The notes under the pieces were generated by a model. It was given only the letters and a program-made list of their open reading frames with translations, made no database searches and was not told the DNA's origin. The position numbers and the translations under genes are program-made. Positions 29,400 through 38,510 of a DNA stretch of 64,000 bases are shown here, piece by piece. The stretch's first letter is position 1; the number at the start of each line of letters is the position of its first letter. Origin of the DNA: Dehalococcoidia bacterium (GTDB lineage: Bacteria; Chloroflexota; Dehalococcoidia; DSTF01; JACRBR01); NCBI GenBank assembly GCA_041494685.1, contig JBGQBE010000004.1, positions 62,001-126,000 of the forward strand, in the 5' to 3' direction.

Positions 29400-30278
29400 T
29401 CACAACGCCCCTACCTCGTCCGCCGCGCTCACGCCCAACGCGGCCGCGTCCGCCGCCGCGCCGCGCACCTGGGCGCGCCTGATCTCGCCGTCTCGCGCCA
29501 CCATCGCCCGCAGCCAGAGCTGCCCGTTGCTCACCGTCGCCCATGCGCCGACCGGCAGCCGGCAGCCGGCGCCCAGCCGCTCCAGGAACGCCCGCTCCGC
29601 GTCCACGGCCGCGCGCGTCTCCGCGTGCTCGATCGCGCGCGCCGCCTCGATCGCCTCGCCGTCGTCCGCGCGCGTCTCGATCGCCAGCGCGGCCTGTCCC
29701 ACGGCCGGCAGCATCTCCTCCGGCTCGAACACCTGCGCCACCTTCGCCGTCAGCCCCAGCCGCGACAGTCCGGCCATCGCCAGCACCGTCGCGTCGTACT
29801 CGCCCTGCTCGACCTTGCGGATGCGCGTGTCCACGTTGCCGCGGATCTCCGCCGTCACGATGTCGCCGCGCATCGCGCGCAGCATCACAGCGCGCCGCTC
29901 GCTGCCCGTGCCGATGCGCGCCCCCGCGGGCAGCGACTCGAGCCGCCCGCCGTCACGCGCCACCAGGGCGTCGCGCACGTCCTCGCGCCGCGGCACCGCC
30001 GCCACCATCAGCCCGTCCGCGACGCGCGCCGGCAGGTCCTTCATGCTATGCACGGCGATATCGATCTCCCGCGCCAGCAGCGCGTCCTCGATCGCCTTCG
30101 TGAACACGCCCGTCCCGCCGATCTGGGACAGCGGCGCGCTCGACCGGTCGCCCTCCGTGTGGATCTCCCGCACGTCCAGCGCGATCCCGGGATGCGCCGT
30201 CCGCAGCGCCTCGCAGACAAGCTCCACCTGCCGCAACGACAGCCGGCTCCCCCGCGCCCCGATCACCAGTGTCCGCAT
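29400..30278 (-). CDS. hemC: Hydroxymethylbilane synthase
   Basis: GARGSRLS, AVHSMKDLP, RGNVDTR, PAVGQ, GCRLP. Confidence 0.95.
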   Translation of the reverse strand: MRTLVIGARGSRLSLRQVELVCEALRTAHPGIALDVREIHTEGDRSSAPLSQIGGTGVFTKAIEDALLAREIDIAVHSMKDLPARVADGLMVAAVPRREDVRDALVARDGGRLESLPAGARIGTGSERRAVMLRAMRGDIVTAEIRGNVDTRIRKVEQGEYDATVLAMAGLSRLGLTAKVAQVFEPEEMLPAVGQAALAIETRADDGEAIEAARAIEHAETRAAVDAERAFLERLGAGCRLPVGAWATVSNGQLWLRAMVARDGEIRRAQVRGAAADAAALGVSAADEVGAL

Positions 30279-30368
30279 CAGCGTCTGCCGATCATCTGTC
30301 TGCTCGCCCTACAACAATAGACGCGGCCGTCGGGCCGCGTCTTCCGCTGACGTCCGGCCACTGGAACT

Positions 30369-31628
30369 CTAGTTGCCCTGAGCCTCATCCTCCAGCCCGA
30401 ACAGCGCCCGCACCGGCTCCACATATCGCTCGCCGTCGCCGGGCGTCTTCAGCCGCGCGATCGGGCCGTGCAGCAGCTTCTTCACGATCGCCGAGGTCAT
30501 CGCTTCCACGCGCTTCCGGTCCGCCGCACTCATGCTAGTCTTCGAAAGCGTCCGCTCCAGCTCCGCCAGCCGCACCTGCTCCGCCCGTGACCGCAGCGAC
30601 GCCACCGTCGGCACCACTTCCAGTGACCGAAGCCAGTCGCCGAACTTCGTCACCTCTTCGTCGATGATCTGCTCCGCGTGCGCGAGTTCCTGCTTTCGCA
30701 GGTTCAGGTTCTGCCGCGCCACGGCCTGCAGGTCGTCGATGTCATACAGGTGCACACCCGGGATCTCCCGCACGGTCGTCTCCACGTCGCGCGGCACCGC
30801 GATGTCGATCAGCAACAGCTGCCGCGCCGCGCGCCCGCGCATCGCCTCCGCGATCATCTCGCGGTCGATGACGGGGTGGGGCGCCGACGTCGACGACACC
30901 ACCACGTCCGCCTGCGCCACCGCCTCGCCGAGCCGCTCGAACGGCACCGCTGTGCCACCGAGGTCGCCCGCCAGCACTGCGGCCCGTCCGGGGTGCCTGC
31001 TCGTCACCAGCATGCGCGACACGCCGCTGCCGCTCAACGCGCGCGCCGTCAGCATCCCCGCCTCGCCCGAACCGACCACCAGCGCCGTCATCTCCGCCAG
31101 GTCGCCCAGCGACGACCGCGCCAGCGCCACCGCAGTCGAGCTCACCGACATCGTCCCGCGGCCGATCTGTGTCTTCGTGCGCACGCGCCGCCCCACGCGG
31201 ATCGCCGAGTGAAACAGCCGCGACAGCATCGGCGTGTGCGTCCCGGCCGCCGTCGCGGCCGTAAACGCCCCCCGCACTTGACCCAGGACCTCTGACTCAC
31301 CGATAACCATCGACTCGACACCCGCAGCGACCTTGAACAGGTGCCGCGCCGCGTCCTTCCCGGTAAGCGAGAAGAACGGCGCGCCTTCCATCGCCACTTC
31401 GCCTTTGAGCTCGCTCAGCAGCGCCACGATCGACCGCGCATCGCCGACGCCGCGCGGGCTCGCAACGTAGATCTCCGTCCGGTTGCACGTCGAAAGCACC
31501 GCCGCGCCCGGGTACCGTTCGCCCAGGCGCGCCAGCAGCTCCGGCAGCTCCCGCACCGAGAACGCGAAGTGCTCCCGTACCGCCACCGGCGCCGTCTTGT
31601 GCGAGATGCCGACCATCGAGACGTGCAT
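30369..31628 (-). CDS. hemA: Glutamyl-tRNA reductase
   Basis: GISHKTAPV, STCNRTE, SMVIGESEVLGQV, DIAVPRD. Confidence 0.95.
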   Translation of the reverse strand: MHVSMVGISHKTAPVAVREHFAFSVRELPELLARLGERYPGAAVLSTCNRTEIYVASPRGVGDARSIVALLSELKGEVAMEGAPFFSLTGKDAARHLFKVAAGVESMVIGESEVLGQVRGAFTAATAAGTHTPMLSRLFHSAIRVGRRVRTKTQIGRGTMSVSSTAVALARSSLGDLAEMTALVVGSGEAGMLTARALSGSGVSRMLVTSRHPGRAAVLAGDLGGTAVPFERLGEAVAQADVVVSSTSAPHPVIDREMIAEAMRGRAARQLLLIDIAVPRDVETTVREIPGVHLYDIDDLQAVARQNLNLRKQELAHAEQIIDEEVTKFGDWLRSLEVVPTVASLRSRAEQVRLAELERTLSKTSMSAADRKRVEAMTSAIVKKLLHGPIARLKTPGDGERYVEPVRALFGLEDEAQGN

Positions 31629-32314
31629 CAGCCCAATCCCTCTTCCCGCGTCTCGTCCGCCACGACGCCGGCCGTCAGCGGCGTCAGCTCCACGCCCAGC
31701 CGCGCCAGCAGGCGTGCGCGCGCCTGCCCGTAGCGCCGCTGGGCCAGCAGCACCCGCAGCTGCCCGTCAATCGCGTACTGCCATGTGTCGTTCGCGACCT
31801 TGATGCCGCGCTTCCGGATCTCCTGCCGCATCTCCGACAGCAGGTCCGCCAGCGCGGGCATGTCTTCCGTCAGATACGCATCCAGCTCCTCGCGCAGCCG
31901 CCGCGCCAGCGCCGGGCTCGATCCCGACGTCGATGCCGCCAGCGTGATCTTCCCTTTCCGCACCACCGCCGGCAGGATGAAGTCGCAATTCACCGGGTCG
32001 TCCGCCGCGTTCACCCAGATCCCGCGCCGCTTCCCGGCTGCCGCCACTTCGGCGTTGATCGCGCCGTCGTCCGTTGCCACCATGATGAACTCGTAGCCGC
32101 CGTCCAGGTCCGATTCGACGTACTCCCGTGCTACGTGGCGGAGGCGCCCCGCCTCCGCGTAGCCGCGCAGTTCGTCGTTCAGGGCCGGACTCACGAGCGT
32201 GATGTCCGCCTCGCCGGCCAGCAGCCCGCGCACCTTCTCGGCGCCCACGTGCCCACCGCCGATGACGATCACCCGGCGCCCCTTCGTCTCTACGAAGATC
32301 GGATACAACGCCAT
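31628..32314 (-). CDS. Precorrin-2 dehydrogenase/sirohydrochlorin ferrochelatase (SirC / CysG N-terminal type)
   Basis: YPIF...VIGGGHVG, VNAADDPVNCDF, STSGSSPALA; start ATG 32314. Confidence 0.9.
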   Translation of the reverse strand: MALYPIFVETKGRRVIVIGGGHVGAEKVRGLLAGEADITLVSPALNDELRGYAEAGRLRHVAREYVESDLDGGYEFIMVATDDGAINAEVAAAGKRRGIWVNAADDPVNCDFILPAVVRKGKITLAASTSGSSPALARRLREELDAYLTEDMPALADLLSEMRQEIRKRGIKVANDTWQYAIDGQLRVLLAQRRYGQARARLLARLGVELTPLTAGVVADETREEGLG

Positions 32315-32333
32315 CAGCCCTCGCTCCGCTCTA

Positions 32334-32750
32334 TCACTCGTGCCGGCCGCCCGCCGCATCGGCGCGCAGCCCCGCCGCCAGCACGCGCGCCAGCGCCACC
32401 GCGGACGCGCCGCGCCGATGCGCTTCGCTCCAGACCACGCTCGCCGCGTCCGCCCACTCCACGCCGAACCGCTCGCGCAGCAGCTTGTTGTGCCGCTGCA
32501 GCACCCGGATCGTCGCCCCGAAGTCCGACCAGTTCGTCGCCGCCAGCGTCCGCGACCGCCGCATCAACGCGCGCACCTCGTCCGCGGTCAGCACGCCGGA
32601 CGGCGGCATCGCGGGGACCGCGCCAGCTTCGCCGGCACGTTCGCGCAACGACTGCGCCTGCATGGTCGCCGCCCAGCGTCGCTCCTCGCCCGGCCGTACC
32701 GCTCGCCGCGCCATCGCCCGTCGCCACTCCTGGATCGGATCGCGCTTCAT
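32334..32750 (-). CDS. Hypothetical protein in the hem operon
   Basis: Co-oriented ORF filling the gap between the HTH gene and sirC; start uncertain. Confidence 0.5.
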   Translation of the reverse strand: MKRDPIQEWRRAMARRAVRPGEERRWAATMQAQSLRERAGEAGAVPAMPPSGVLTADEVRALMRRSRTLAATNWSDFGATIRVLQRHNKLLRERFGVEWADAASVVWSEAHRRGASAVALARVLAAGLRADAAGGRHE

Positions 32751-32780
32751 CGACTCGTCCGCTCCGCCGAGAAGTGATTA

Positions 32781-32816
32781 CCCCTCGCCCCGTCCCTCGC
32801 CCCTCGGGGAGAGGGA
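32781..32816. repeat. REP-like palindrome
   Basis: CCCCTCGCCCCG-TCCCTCGCCCC-tc-GGGGAGAGGGA; related copies at 43847-43886 and 54941-54974. Confidence 0.65.
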
Positions 32817-32820
32817 CAAT

Positions 32821-33474
32821 CTAGCCGTGTGCCTCGTACGCGGCGGCGATGCCCAGCAGCACCTCGTCCGCCAGCACCATGATCTGCTCGCAGACGTCCA
32901 GCGACTCCGACGCCGGCGTGCCCGTCTTCGTCAGCGCCTGCTTCGCGCTCTGGTCCAGGCTGCGGCGGAAGAAGGTGAAGGCGTGCATCGCCTGCGAGAG
33001 CGACATTCCCGCCCCCGCAAGCTCGGCCCCGTACTCCGCGCCCGTCGCGCGCGCTTCTTCCAACAACGACGTCTTGCGCCCGCGCTTCGCCACGTAATCC
33101 GCGACCAGCATCATGAGCCGCCGGCCCAGCGGACGCAGCTTCTCGCGCTGCGCCGGGTCCACCGTCGCATACCAGTCGGCGTTGCTGCCGCTGTGCATGC
33201 CGCGGCGGATGCGCCGCGTCGCCAGGTCGCCCACCTCCGTGACAGGCTGCTTCTTCGGTCGCCCGCCGACGATCGCCCGCACGTCGCCTTCGGCGAAGCG
33301 GCGATGCCCGCCCGGCGTACGGAACGTCCGCACCTGGCCCGCGTCCGCCCAGCGCCGCAGCGTCGACTCATCGACGTTCAGCAGGCGGCACGCCTGGCCC
33401 AGCGTCAGCCAGCGGTCACCCTCCGGCGGGACGAACGCGGCGACGGGTTGCTCGATGGATGGGAATGTGGCCAA
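32821..33474 (-). CDS. MerR/excisionase(BldC)-like HTH regulator with a helical C-terminal domain
   Basis: WLTLGQACRLLNVDESTLRRWADAGQVRTFRTPGGHRRF. Confidence 0.85.
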   Translation of the reverse strand: MATFPSIEQPVAAFVPPEGDRWLTLGQACRLLNVDESTLRRWADAGQVRTFRTPGGHRRFAEGDVRAIVGGRPKKQPVTEVGDLATRRIRRGMHSGSNADWYATVDPAQREKLRPLGRRLMMLVADYVAKRGRKTSLLEEARATGAEYGAELAGAGMSLSQAMHAFTFFRRSLDQSAKQALTKTGTPASESLDVCEQIMVLADEVLLGIAAAYEAHG

Positions 33475-33513
33475 ATCTATGCAAGGCTCGATGCGGCACC
33501 GTGGCTTGCATAG

Positions 33514-33552
33514 ATTCTAGCACCGCCCGCGCTTGTGTCAATCGTCACAAGC
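33514..33552 (-). promoter_or_regulatory. hem operon promoter with a Rex-like operator over the -35
   Basis: Minus strand TTGACA-N16-TAGAAT with a TGn extension; palindrome GCTTGTG-N8-CACAAGC (33531-33552). Confidence 0.7.
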
Positions 33553-33665
33553 GGCCCACGGCCACCCGTTGACAGCCCCCAACGGAGAACCTTGGCAAAT
33601 CTCCCACGCCCGCGAGCGGACCGCCCGTTTCGCGCGTTGCGCGGCCACGGCGCTACACTGGCCTC

Positions 33666-34667
33666 ATGCTGGATCTCGACACACGGGGCGAATTCGCCCG
33701 CCACCGCCGCCTGCGCCACTCCCCCGCGCTACGCCGCCTCGTCGCCGAGACGCGCCTGTCGCCGTCCGACTTCGTCTACCCGCTCTTCGTCACGCACGGC
33801 ACGAACGTCCGCGACGAGATCCCTTCGATGCCCGGCCAGTTCCGCATCTCGCTGGATCAGATCCCGCACGAGGCCGACGACCTGCGCGCGCTCGGCATTC
33901 CGGCGGTGCTGCTCTTCGGCCTGCCCGCGGCGAAAGACGACGTCGGCTCCGAGGCCTACGCCGACGACGGCATCACGCAGAAGGCGGTCCGCGCGTTCAA
34001 GGCGGCCGCCCCGGACATCGCTGTCATCACCGACGTCTGTCTCTGCGAGTACACCGACCACGGCCACTGCGGCATCGTCATCGACGGTGCGGTCGACAAC
34101 GACCGCTCGCTCGACCTGCTCGCGCGCACAGCGCTCTCGCACGCGCGCGCCGGCGCCGACATGATCGCGCCGTCCGACATGATGGACGGCCGCGTCGGCG
34201 TCATCCGCGACACGCTCGACGAAGCCGGCTACACGCAGACGCCGATCATGGCCTACAGCGCGAAGTATGCCTCCGCGTTCTACGGCCCCTTCCGCGAGGC
34301 CGCGGGCAGCACGCCGCAGTTCGGCGACCGCCGCAGCTACCAGATGGACCCGCCGAACGCGCGCGAAGCCCTGCGCGAGATCGACGACGACATCGCCGAG
34401 GACGCGGACATCATCATGGTGAAGCCCGCGCTGTCCTACCTCGACATCGTCGCCCGCGCCCGCCAGGAGTTCGACCTGCCGCTCGCCGCCTACAACGTGA
34501 GCGGCGAGTACGCGATGGTGAAGGCCGCCGCGCAGAACGGCTGGATCGACGGCCCGCGCATCACGCTCGAAATCCTCACCGCGATCAAGCGCGCCGGCGC
34601 CGACATCATCATCACCTACCACGCCAAAGAGGCCGCTCGCTGGCTCGCCGAGCAAGCCCGCCGGTAG
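33666..34667 (+). CDS. hemB: Porphobilinogen synthase (Zn-type)
   Basis: [46 protein letters not shown]. Confidence 0.96.
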   Translation: MLDLDTRGEFARHRRLRHSPALRRLVAETRLSPSDFVYPLFVTHGTNVRDEIPSMPGQFRISLDQIPHEADDLRALGIPAVLLFGLPAAKDDVGSEAYADDGITQKAVRAFKAAAPDIAVITDVCLCEYTDHGHCGIVIDGAVDNDRSLDLLARTALSHARAGADMIAPSDMMDGRVGVIRDTLDEAGYTQTPIMAYSAKYASAFYGPFREAAGSTPQFGDRRSYQMDPPNAREALREIDDDIAEDADIIMVKPALSYLDIVARARQEFDLPLAAYNVSGEYAMVKAAAQNGWIDGPRITLEILTAIKRAGADIIITYHAKEAARWLAEQARR

Positions 34668-34685
34668 CACAGCCGCGTCCCGCGT

Positions 34686-34713
34686 CTTGGTTCTGGGTTC
34701 CAGGTTCTAAGTT
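34686..34713. repeat. Heptamer tandem repeat (CTnGGTT)x4
   Basis: cttggtt ctgggtt ccaggtt ctaagtt. Confidence 0.7.
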
Positions 34714-34722
34714 CTCGAACGC

Positions 34723-36198
34723 CTACCAGGCGCCCCAGTACACCGGGTTCGTCATCGCGTGCACCACTTCGCCGCGCTCCGGGCGGCCGCGATGCCCGCG
34801 CACTTCCACCCGCAGGTAGTCGTCGCCCTCGATCCGCCAGTCGAACTCGTCGTCGTACGACTCCACCGCCGGCGTGATCTCCTTCACGAGCCCTTTCTTG
34901 CTGAAGAAGCGCAGGTGCTTCCCGTCCGGCCCGCGGTACGCCACCCGGAAACGCACCAGCGCACCGCCCGCAGTGGCGATACGGTCGCCTTGCACCGACT
35001 CGAAGACGCCGTCGCCGTCCGCGTCCGCGCGCAGCTCGATCAGCGGCCCCGTCGGCCCCTCCGAGATGAACACGCGCCCGCGCGACACCGCGTCCAGCAC
35101 CGCGCCTTGCGTCAGCGGCGACTCCAGGTACACCCACGTGCACGGCTCGCCCGGCCCGTTCGGCTGCGTCATCTGCGCCGGCGGCACGCAGTGCGAGTCG
35201 CTGCCGCCCACCGCGATCATCCGCTCGCCACTGTTCAGGTGCCCCTCCCAACGCTGTAGCGCCGGCTCGTTGAACCAGCGCCACGGCGCATTCCACACCT
35301 CCACCGCCTGGTAGGCGCGCACGGCGTCGTGCTTCCACGGGATCGGTGAGTCCGGGTGGTTGATCGAGAAGATCGACCCGCGCGCGTTCGCCGCTTCGAT
35401 GAGCCGCCGCACGCGCTCGTCGTCACTGCCGCGGAAGTCGATCCAATCGGCCAGCGCCCAGACGTTCGCGTGGCCGCCGTACATCGTAATCTCCTCGCCC
35501 GGGATCAGCAGCGGCCCGCCCGAGACGGCGTCCGCGTTCAGCCGCGCCAGCTCGTCCCAGTGGCTGATCGTGTTGTGGTCCGTCAGCGCGAAGTAGTCCA
35601 GCCCGATCCGCCGCGTGTAGTCGACGATCTCGGCGACGGTGTTCTGGCCGTCGCTGTGCTCGCTGTGCGCGTGCAGGTCGCCGCGATACCAGCGCCCGCG
35701 CCCGCCCGGCGACGCCACACCCGGTGCCGTCCCGACGATCTCCGCGCGCGGCATCCCCGGCACAAGCAACGGGTCCGCCAGCGCGCCGCCCTCCATCGCC
35801 AGCGGGTCGATCTCCACGTCGACGTTCACGCGATACGGTACGACCGGGTCGTCGATCTTCGAGCAGCCGAGGATGATCGTCCACTCGCCCGGCTGGATCG
35901 GCCCGCGCAAGTACCCCGGCGTCGCCGCCCCCTGCTCGATGAAGAAGCCGCTGCGCGCGCCGCCGCTCCAGCCGCGGAAACCGCCGGTCAGGAAGTCCGC
36001 GCCGCGGACGTCGAAGACGCCGATGTCGATGTTGTTGCCGGCGTGCGTCTCCTGCGCGCCCGTCACCTGGTTCCCGTAGAAGTAGCTGACCTCCAGCCGA
36101 CGCGCGCCCGCCGGCACCGTGAACGGCACGTACCGGTACTGCGCCACCGCGTCCGCCGGCGTCACCGCCCCCTCAAGCCGAATCTTGTGCCGCATCAC
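34723..36198 (-). CDS. PHP-domain metallohydrolase (CehA/McbA family)
   Basis: GDLHAHSEHSDG, TDHN, GHAN, NHP, GGSDSH, TNPV. Confidence 0.88.
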   Translation of the reverse strand: MMRHKIRLEGAVTPADAVAQYRYVPFTVPAGARRLEVSYFYGNQVTGAQETHAGNNIDIGVFDVRGADFLTGGFRGWSGGARSGFFIEQGAATPGYLRGPIQPGEWTIILGCSKIDDPVVPYRVNVDVEIDPLAMEGGALADPLLVPGMPRAEIVGTAPGVASPGGRGRWYRGDLHAHSEHSDGQNTVAEIVDYTRRIGLDYFALTDHNTISHWDELARLNADAVSGGPLLIPGEEITMYGGHANVWALADWIDFRGSDDERVRRLIEAANARGSIFSINHPDSPIPWKHDAVRAYQAVEVWNAPWRWFNEPALQRWEGHLNSGERMIAVGGSDSHCVPPAQMTQPNGPGEPCTWVYLESPLTQGAVLDAVSRGRVFISEGPTGPLIELRADADGDGVFESVQGDRIATAGGALVRFRVAYRGPDGKHLRFFSKKGLVKEITPAVESYDDEFDWRIEGDDYLRVEVRGHRGRPERGEVVHAMTNPVYWGAW

Positions 36199-36282
36199 GC
36201 CGCTCCATCGCTAGTCCGGGTTCACGGGCGCAGTATCGCAGGACGCCACCCGGAATCGTAGGCGCGCGCTACACTGCTGCCG

Positions 36283-36873
36283 ATGACCGACACCGAAGAA
36301 CTGCTCCGCGCCGCGCTCCTCAAGGTCCCCGCCGGCCTCGCCGAGCACGTCCTCCGAGTCGTCGACGAAGCCGATCGTCTTGCCGAGATCCACGGCGTGA
36401 ACAAGCAGGCCGCCCGCATCGCCGCCCTCGGCCACGATCTGCTCCGCGCGCACAGCGACGAACGCCTGCTCACCATCGCCGCCGAGCAGGGCTACCCGCT
36501 CGACGAGGTGGACCGCATGGAGCCGGTCCTGCTGCACGGCCCGCTCGCCGCGCCCATCCTGCGCGAGCAGTACAACGTCCTCGACGCCGACATCCTCGGC
36601 GCCGTGGCTTACCACACCACCGCCCACGCCGGCATGACGCTGCTGCAGAAGCTCATCTTCGTCGCCGACAAGATCGAGCCGCACAAGCTAGAACGCGCCA
36701 CCCGCGTCCAGCGCGTCGCCGACCTCGCCACGACCGACCTGGACGCCGCCATGCTCGTCTACCTCAACTACCACGCCGAGGTCGCCATCGAGAGCGCCTG
36801 GCCGCTCCACCCCAACACCGTCGCCGCCCGCAACGAGCTCCTCGCCGCCCGCCGCGCCGCCGCCGCGGAGTAG
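36283..36873 (+). CDS. yqeK: HD-domain Ap4A hydrolase, YqeK-like
   Basis: HVLRV, GHDL, LLHGPLAA, YHTT, FVADKIEP. Confidence 0.85.
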   Translation: MTDTEELLRAALLKVPAGLAEHVLRVVDEADRLAEIHGVNKQAARIAALGHDLLRAHSDERLLTIAAEQGYPLDEVDRMEPVLLHGPLAAPILREQYNVLDADILGAVAYHTTAHAGMTLLQKLIFVADKIEPHKLERATRVQRVADLATTDLDAAMLVYLNYHAEVAIESAWPLHPNTVAARNELLAARRAAAAE

Positions 36874-36920
36874 CCGCCGCCCCTGTAACCTGCCCCCGCC
36901 AACCGGTAATCTGAAGCACC

Positions 36921-37313
36921 ATGGACAACCCGCTCGCACGCAAGACCCAGGCAGACCTCATCATCGACCGCGCCGCGCAGCAGCTCATGCTGCTGCTGCA
37001 GGAAGCGGCGAAGGAGCTGCGCCCGTTCCCGCCGTTTCCCGGCGCGTTCTTCACGAACGCCATCGAGGTCAACCTCGACGGCGCCGAGCGCGCGGAGTTC
37101 GGCTGCATCGTCGTCGGCGAAGACGGCGGGCTGTACGAACTGGAGATGAAGATCGACTTCTCCGACGAGATGGCCGACATCGTCCAGTCTCGCGACGAGA
37201 CGCTGAAGAAGCTGGACGACCTGCACCCGCGCGACGTGATCATCCTGGCCGCCAACGCGCTCACGCAGATCACCGAGATCCTCCTCGAACAGCAGGCGCA
37301 GGCGCGGCCCTGA
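36921..37313 (+). CDS. Conserved hypothetical protein
   Basis: Host-like codon use; PFPPFPGAFFT...GCIVVGEDGGLYEL. Confidence 0.75.
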   Translation: MDNPLARKTQADLIIDRAAQQLMLLLQEAAKELRPFPPFPGAFFTNAIEVNLDGAERAEFGCIVVGEDGGLYELEMKIDFSDEMADIVQSRDETLKKLDDLHPRDVIILAANALTQITEILLEQQAQARP

Positions 37314-37540
37314 GCGCCACGCGGACGCGCGCCGTCATTCTCGCCGTCGCGGCCTGCGCGCTGGTGCTGGCGGTGGCGGCTGTCGGCGCGGTCAGCGGCT
37401 TCAAGCCGGCGGCGGCGGTGGTGTTCGTCGCGGCGATGGTGGTGCTGACAGCGCTTGGCTACGAGCTGCACCGCCGCGCCATCGGCATCCGCCCCGTCGC
37501 GGGACCAGGCGGGCCGCCGGATCGCGGGCGGTCTGATTGA
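37310..37540 (+). CDS. Putative small 2-TM protein (CTG start)
   Basis: CTGA overlap with the upstream stop; LSATRTRAVILAVAACALVLAVAAVGAVSGFKPAAAVVFVAAMVVLTALGYELHRR; not in the ORF track. Confidence 0.4.
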   Translation: MSATRTRAVILAVAACALVLAVAAVGAVSGFKPAAAVVFVAAMVVLTALGYELHRRAIGIRPVAGPGGPPDRGRSD

Positions 37541-37634
37541 CGTGTTGTTTTTCGCGAAAGTGCGATGTTTCTGATTGACCCCGCATACGAACGGGGTAGC
37601 GCTGGCTGATTGATGCGCCGGCGCCTTGCGGCGC

Positions 37635-37683
37635 ACAACAGACAACAGACAGCAAACAGCAAAGGGCAAACAGCAAACAGCAA
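37635..37683. repeat. Heptamer tandem repeat (ACAGCAA/ACAACAG)x7
   Basis: acaacag acaacag acagcaa acagcaa agggcaa acagcaa acagcaa. Confidence 0.85.
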
Positions 37684-37917
37684 AGGGGCGGGGAACGAGG
37701 GACGGCTGGCGCATCGGTACTCCTCTCGGGGGGAAGCGTACGCGAGCGTCCGAGTGAACTCGAAGCGGTGGATGGCACCGGGGCGGGCGAGTGACGCGAG
37801 AACACGGGGGATTGGCGACTCCAATCCGGGCCAGGCCAGACGCTCCGCCGACAGGTGGCCGTTCGGCTCTCCGCATCCGCGCGTCCGACCGTCATGCTGT
37901 CCTCGGAGGGACGCCTT

Positions 37918-38121
37918 ATGTGGTGGCAAGACTTGCTCTGGGGCTGGTGGAACGGCCTGTCGGCGTGGGTCGTCCTGATCGCCCATGCGTTCGGCGCCTG
38001 GGGGCGGTTTCCGATCTACAACGGTGTGAGAAGCGGCAACTGGTACGACTTCGGCTTCCTGGTCGGCGCTGGATCGCCACTCCTGGGCGCGTTTGGCAAA
38101 GGGCGGGGCGGGAAGGGTTAG
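37918..38121 (+). CDS. Small Trp/Gly-rich membrane protein
   Basis: GGAGG RBS; MWWQDLLWGWWNG...PIYN...GNWYDFGFLVG. Confidence 0.65.
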   Translation: MWWQDLLWGWWNGLSAWVVLIAHAFGAWGRFPIYNGVRSGNWYDFGFLVGAGSPLLGAFGKGRGGKG

Positions 38122-38143
38122 CCCGCCCGGCCTCCACCACGTA

Positions 38144-38356
38144 TCAATCCGGCGTAGACGATCCGACGATCGTCGGTGGTCTGGGCGCCACGTGATGGAC
38201 CGGCGGCGACGCGTCAAACGCCTCGGCTTCGGCACTAAGCAGCGGTCCATTAGCCGCACCTTGATCTCGCAGGTTCCTGTACGCGGCAAGATCCGCGCCA
38301 ACTCTTGCGCGACATGCATCTATATATTCTGGAGTGTAGTTCCTCATACCAAGCAT
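38144..38356 (-). pseudogene. Probably truncated hypothetical gene (N-terminal fragment only)
   Basis: MLGMRNYTPEYIDACRARVGADLAAYRNL resembles the start of a longer conserved hypothetical family (from memory), then decays into a low-complexity tail. Confidence 0.4.
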
Positions 38357-38510
38357 GGCGCAATGCTCTCTTTCTCTCGTGCTGATGCACAGAAGCCGTC
38401 GAACCGCCATCGCGGGATCGCGGCCTCTAGACGCGGCTCCCTTGAATTCTACGAGGCGTTGCGTCCTTCCAGACAGTGCGAATTGTCGACACTGGGGCGG
38501 TAGCGGTCGC

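Noticed and set aside
32821..33474. Prophage excisionase
   Set aside because: The HTH is fused to a long helical domain and lies in the hem operon with no phage or integrase genes nearby.
37635..37683. CRISPR array
   Set aside because: 7-nt tandem units without spacers and no cas genes; the same applies to the other short repeats.
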